From NCBI GenBank assembly GCA_045837725.1, contig JBEWZL010000172.1, forward strand, positions 1 to 37,927: a stretch of DNA of 37,927 nt, written 5' to 3'. The first letter of the stretch is position 1. Every line of letters starts with the position of its first letter. The DNA is from Vermamoeba vermiformis. Taxonomy: Eukaryota. A model generated the notes under the pieces. It made no database searches. It was not told the origin of the DNA and saw only the letters and a list, made by a program, of their open reading frames with translations. Made by a program: the position numbers and the translations under genes. Below, one piece after another: positions 35,220 through 37,927 of the stretch.

Positions 35220-37502
35220 ATCAGAACAACAACATCGACCAAGCAACGCTGCAACAGGCGAAGCCTATAACGTACGGAGATATTATTTTCTTAAATTTTA
35301 TATTAACATACAACAGGGACATTCGCGTCGTTATTTCAAATACTTGGCCAACGTGGTGGAGCAGTATTGCTCAGTTCAATGCTGACGCCGCAATGATACT
35401 TCAGTGCGCAAGGCCACTACCAGAAGAACGTGAGCTTGCGCGTGAGGATGGAACACTGTGGTTCATTAGCCAAGTTGAACTGCAGTTGCGCGGTGGTGGT
35501 GATGAACTACAGGTGTCGCATTTCATTTATGAGCAGTATCACTTGTACTGCACTCGCATCGAATCAGATCTCCTCATCGAGTTCTGCAACAACGGGCACT
35601 TGGTTGATCATTTAATTTACAAGAGGTACGTGGCAGACCTTTGCCAAAGAGTACTGTTACATGTGATCTTAATGCAACATTTCTAGGTCTCGCTTGCGCT
35701 ACACGCGAGCGAAAGATGTTGGCACTCGAATTACATCAGTTGAGCAACGCAATGCAAGAATTATCGAGATTGCTAAGCCTCTTCCAAAAAGCAACACGCT
35801 CACTGCACGAGCGATATATTGGTTTGTCACAACTGAACAAGTAGAAGTAGTCTTTGACGACACCCAATTATTTGAATGGTCAGAGACGGTCCCACTTTGT
35901 GACAGCAACGGTGCAACATCTTATTATCTGAATCGAGTAAACTTTCGACGAAACAAGCAAGGAACATTTTGGCTTCGATTTGTTAATAATGGCGAAGTGA
36001 TGAGTGTTATTTGCTCCAAAACTGTGAACAAACAACCAAAGCCAAACAAACGTATCAAATTGTCACAAGCTAGCGATGAGTCCAGCAAGCAGTCTGATCA
36101 AGAGACAGATTATGTTGTTCAATCTCCTGCAAACAATACCAACATGCCACAGTATTCAGAATCAATCCCTCAGCATCTTAAAAATCATGTGCAAACTCCA
36201 GTCCAAGAGCCTCTTATCATTAACATACTACTCTTGGTACCTCATGAATCAAATATTGTTAATCGGGTTCAGAAAGTGCTCCTCAAGCTCAAATATGACA
36301 AAGCAGCCAGCTCTGATAATCTTCATCTCTACAACCAAAAACAATTTGACCAGATACGGCACATATTGATATTTCTTTACAAAGAGGTTGATGCTACAGC
36401 ACTACAACATATGTTACCAACTGCTAATGATGTCATAGCGCTGCTTGAGAGAGATAAAAAAGAACAACCAGGCTACATAATGGAAGTTGAAAAAGTCAAC
36501 ATTTGTGCCCAAGGGGTCAACACAACATGGAAGTTAAACATCAAGACTTTTTTTGAGAAGGCAACAATTGATTACTTGCAGCTTGACCCTGCATTTCAAA
36601 CACTGTTTCATATTGACAAACTTGAAGCTCTTCTAAGTGGTGTTAGTTGTCAGAAAGATCTATCTTTGGAAGAGTTTGAAAAGAAACTTAGCACATTTAT
36701 CATTCACTGGAGCCTCAAGCCTCCTGCTGTGAAGGAACTGCGACAAAAGATCTACTTGTGCTTCAAATATGAGCATGATTCAGTCAGATCATTCACTGAC
36801 TATGCTCAAACTACTCTTGAGGCTCTTGGACTTGCTAGAAGAGCATTTGGCACTGAGCCTGTTACGGTCAATGGCTGTGTGCAAGTCTACATTCGATGCC
36901 CATCATACACACTGTGGTATATAATGCTAAACAAAAAAGAGATCTTCAGTATGCTGGCAGAAGAAGGACTTCAAGAGATCTATGAATGTTTCATTAGTGA
37001 TGTTGAAGCATCAATGAAACACCCTAAAAATGAAAAGTTTATGAATGAATTGACACACTTACAAGAACAGATGATAAGCGACAAGATCGCAGAGCAGCCT
37101 ACAACAAATAATAGATTTAGAGTTGTAGCAGAGACATTGCATACTGTTTCTACAATTGCTGATTCAAATGCAGCTATGACTACACCAGCTGTCACCAATG
37201 AGGGCTACACAGGGCCAGACAGAAAAAAGAATTGTGCCACATTGTTACGTTGCCTTGTCACACCTTTACAGTTTTTCTACAGCACTCTGCAATATTTAGC
37301 AGCTAGTATAGCACCAGCTATCATTGCAGTACCTAAATCAGCATTTGTAGTGCAGCTCAAACGAATTATCTATGTATTATTTGCCTGGAGCATATGTGTT
37401 AATTTGGCTGGTGGGAATGCTTTTCGCCTGGCAGTAAGCAAAACAGATTTAAAATTCTATTCTAATATCTCTTTAGGTTTTTGTCTTCATTTTACTATTT
37501 AA
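35220..37502 (+). CDS. Tandem domain X-X - linker - domain M - hydrophobic (TM-like) C-terminus; both ends uncertain
   Basis: ORF 35393 (ILQCARPLP..LWFISQVE) splices in frame via intron 35626-35686 to ORF 35694 (ARAIYWFVTTE, LLLVP, CFKYE, YIRCP, EIYECFISDVE). The hydrophobic tail probably continues in further exons after 37433. Confidence 0.72.
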
Positions 37503-37927
37503 GCCAACTACCACTCATGGCTTGAAGATCTGCTTTTTTTTTGTATTGGTCTTTTCTGTCATCAACTTATGGCAAGCTGGCCCTCTTTTATTCGTATGCT
37601 CACATCTCTCCTAACCAAACCCTAAACTTAACATCTTGCTAGTATGAAAGAATTAGTTCTGTGTTCTGGGTTCTTGCCGGTCGGTAATTTTTAAGGATCT
37701 AGAACTGCACCAGGAAGAACAGAGAATTAGTTTTACTCAATACCAATGAAAGTCACACAATTAAATATGTAGGAGTGTATTTGCATGTTAAGATTACATT
37801 TAATTTGTACTACTTTTTGACAGGTTTGGACATCCGAAGAATACACCAAATAAAGTAACCTCCATTCACACAAAACTAAAACACTTTATACAACAACTAT
37901 GATACAATCCTTGCAACGCTTTCTAAG

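Noticed and set aside
37611-37628. Telomere-like CTAACCAAACCCTAAAC
   Set aside because: Only about two degenerate units, probably intronic branch-point sequence.

Overview
Eukaryotic (protist-like) genomic DNA with many short GT-AG introns, so most ORF-track entries are exon fragments. Spliced by hand, the window is a cluster of fast-evolving, domain-shuffled signalling genes plus DNA transposons. (1) Four paralogous minus-strand genes encode: beta-rich putative DNA-binding domain - S/P-rich linker - intramolecular-chaperone autoprocessing (ICA, peptidase S74) domain - coiled coil - TM helix - plant-receptor-type LRR ectodomain. These look like MYRF/MrfA-like self-cleaving membrane transcription factors carrying a variable LRR sensor, the strongest candidate for an undescribed system. 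(2) One intact permuted-papain (PPPDE/DeSI-like) peptidase sits next to two large fusion proteins whose homologous domain has the catalytic Cys replaced by Ser. (3) An unrecognised ~105-aa domain ('X') is fused to a pseudo-peptidase, a kinase or a hydrophobic tail in different genes. (4) Three TKL-type kinases have different N-termini; one is split by a complete PIF/Harbinger-superfamily transposon with an ATT target-site duplication. (5) One dual-specificity phosphatase. (6) A piggyBac-type transposase splices in frame to an N-terminal USP deubiquitinase. (7) One MITE and several repeats. All gene models and family calls come from reading motifs by eye; no searches were run.
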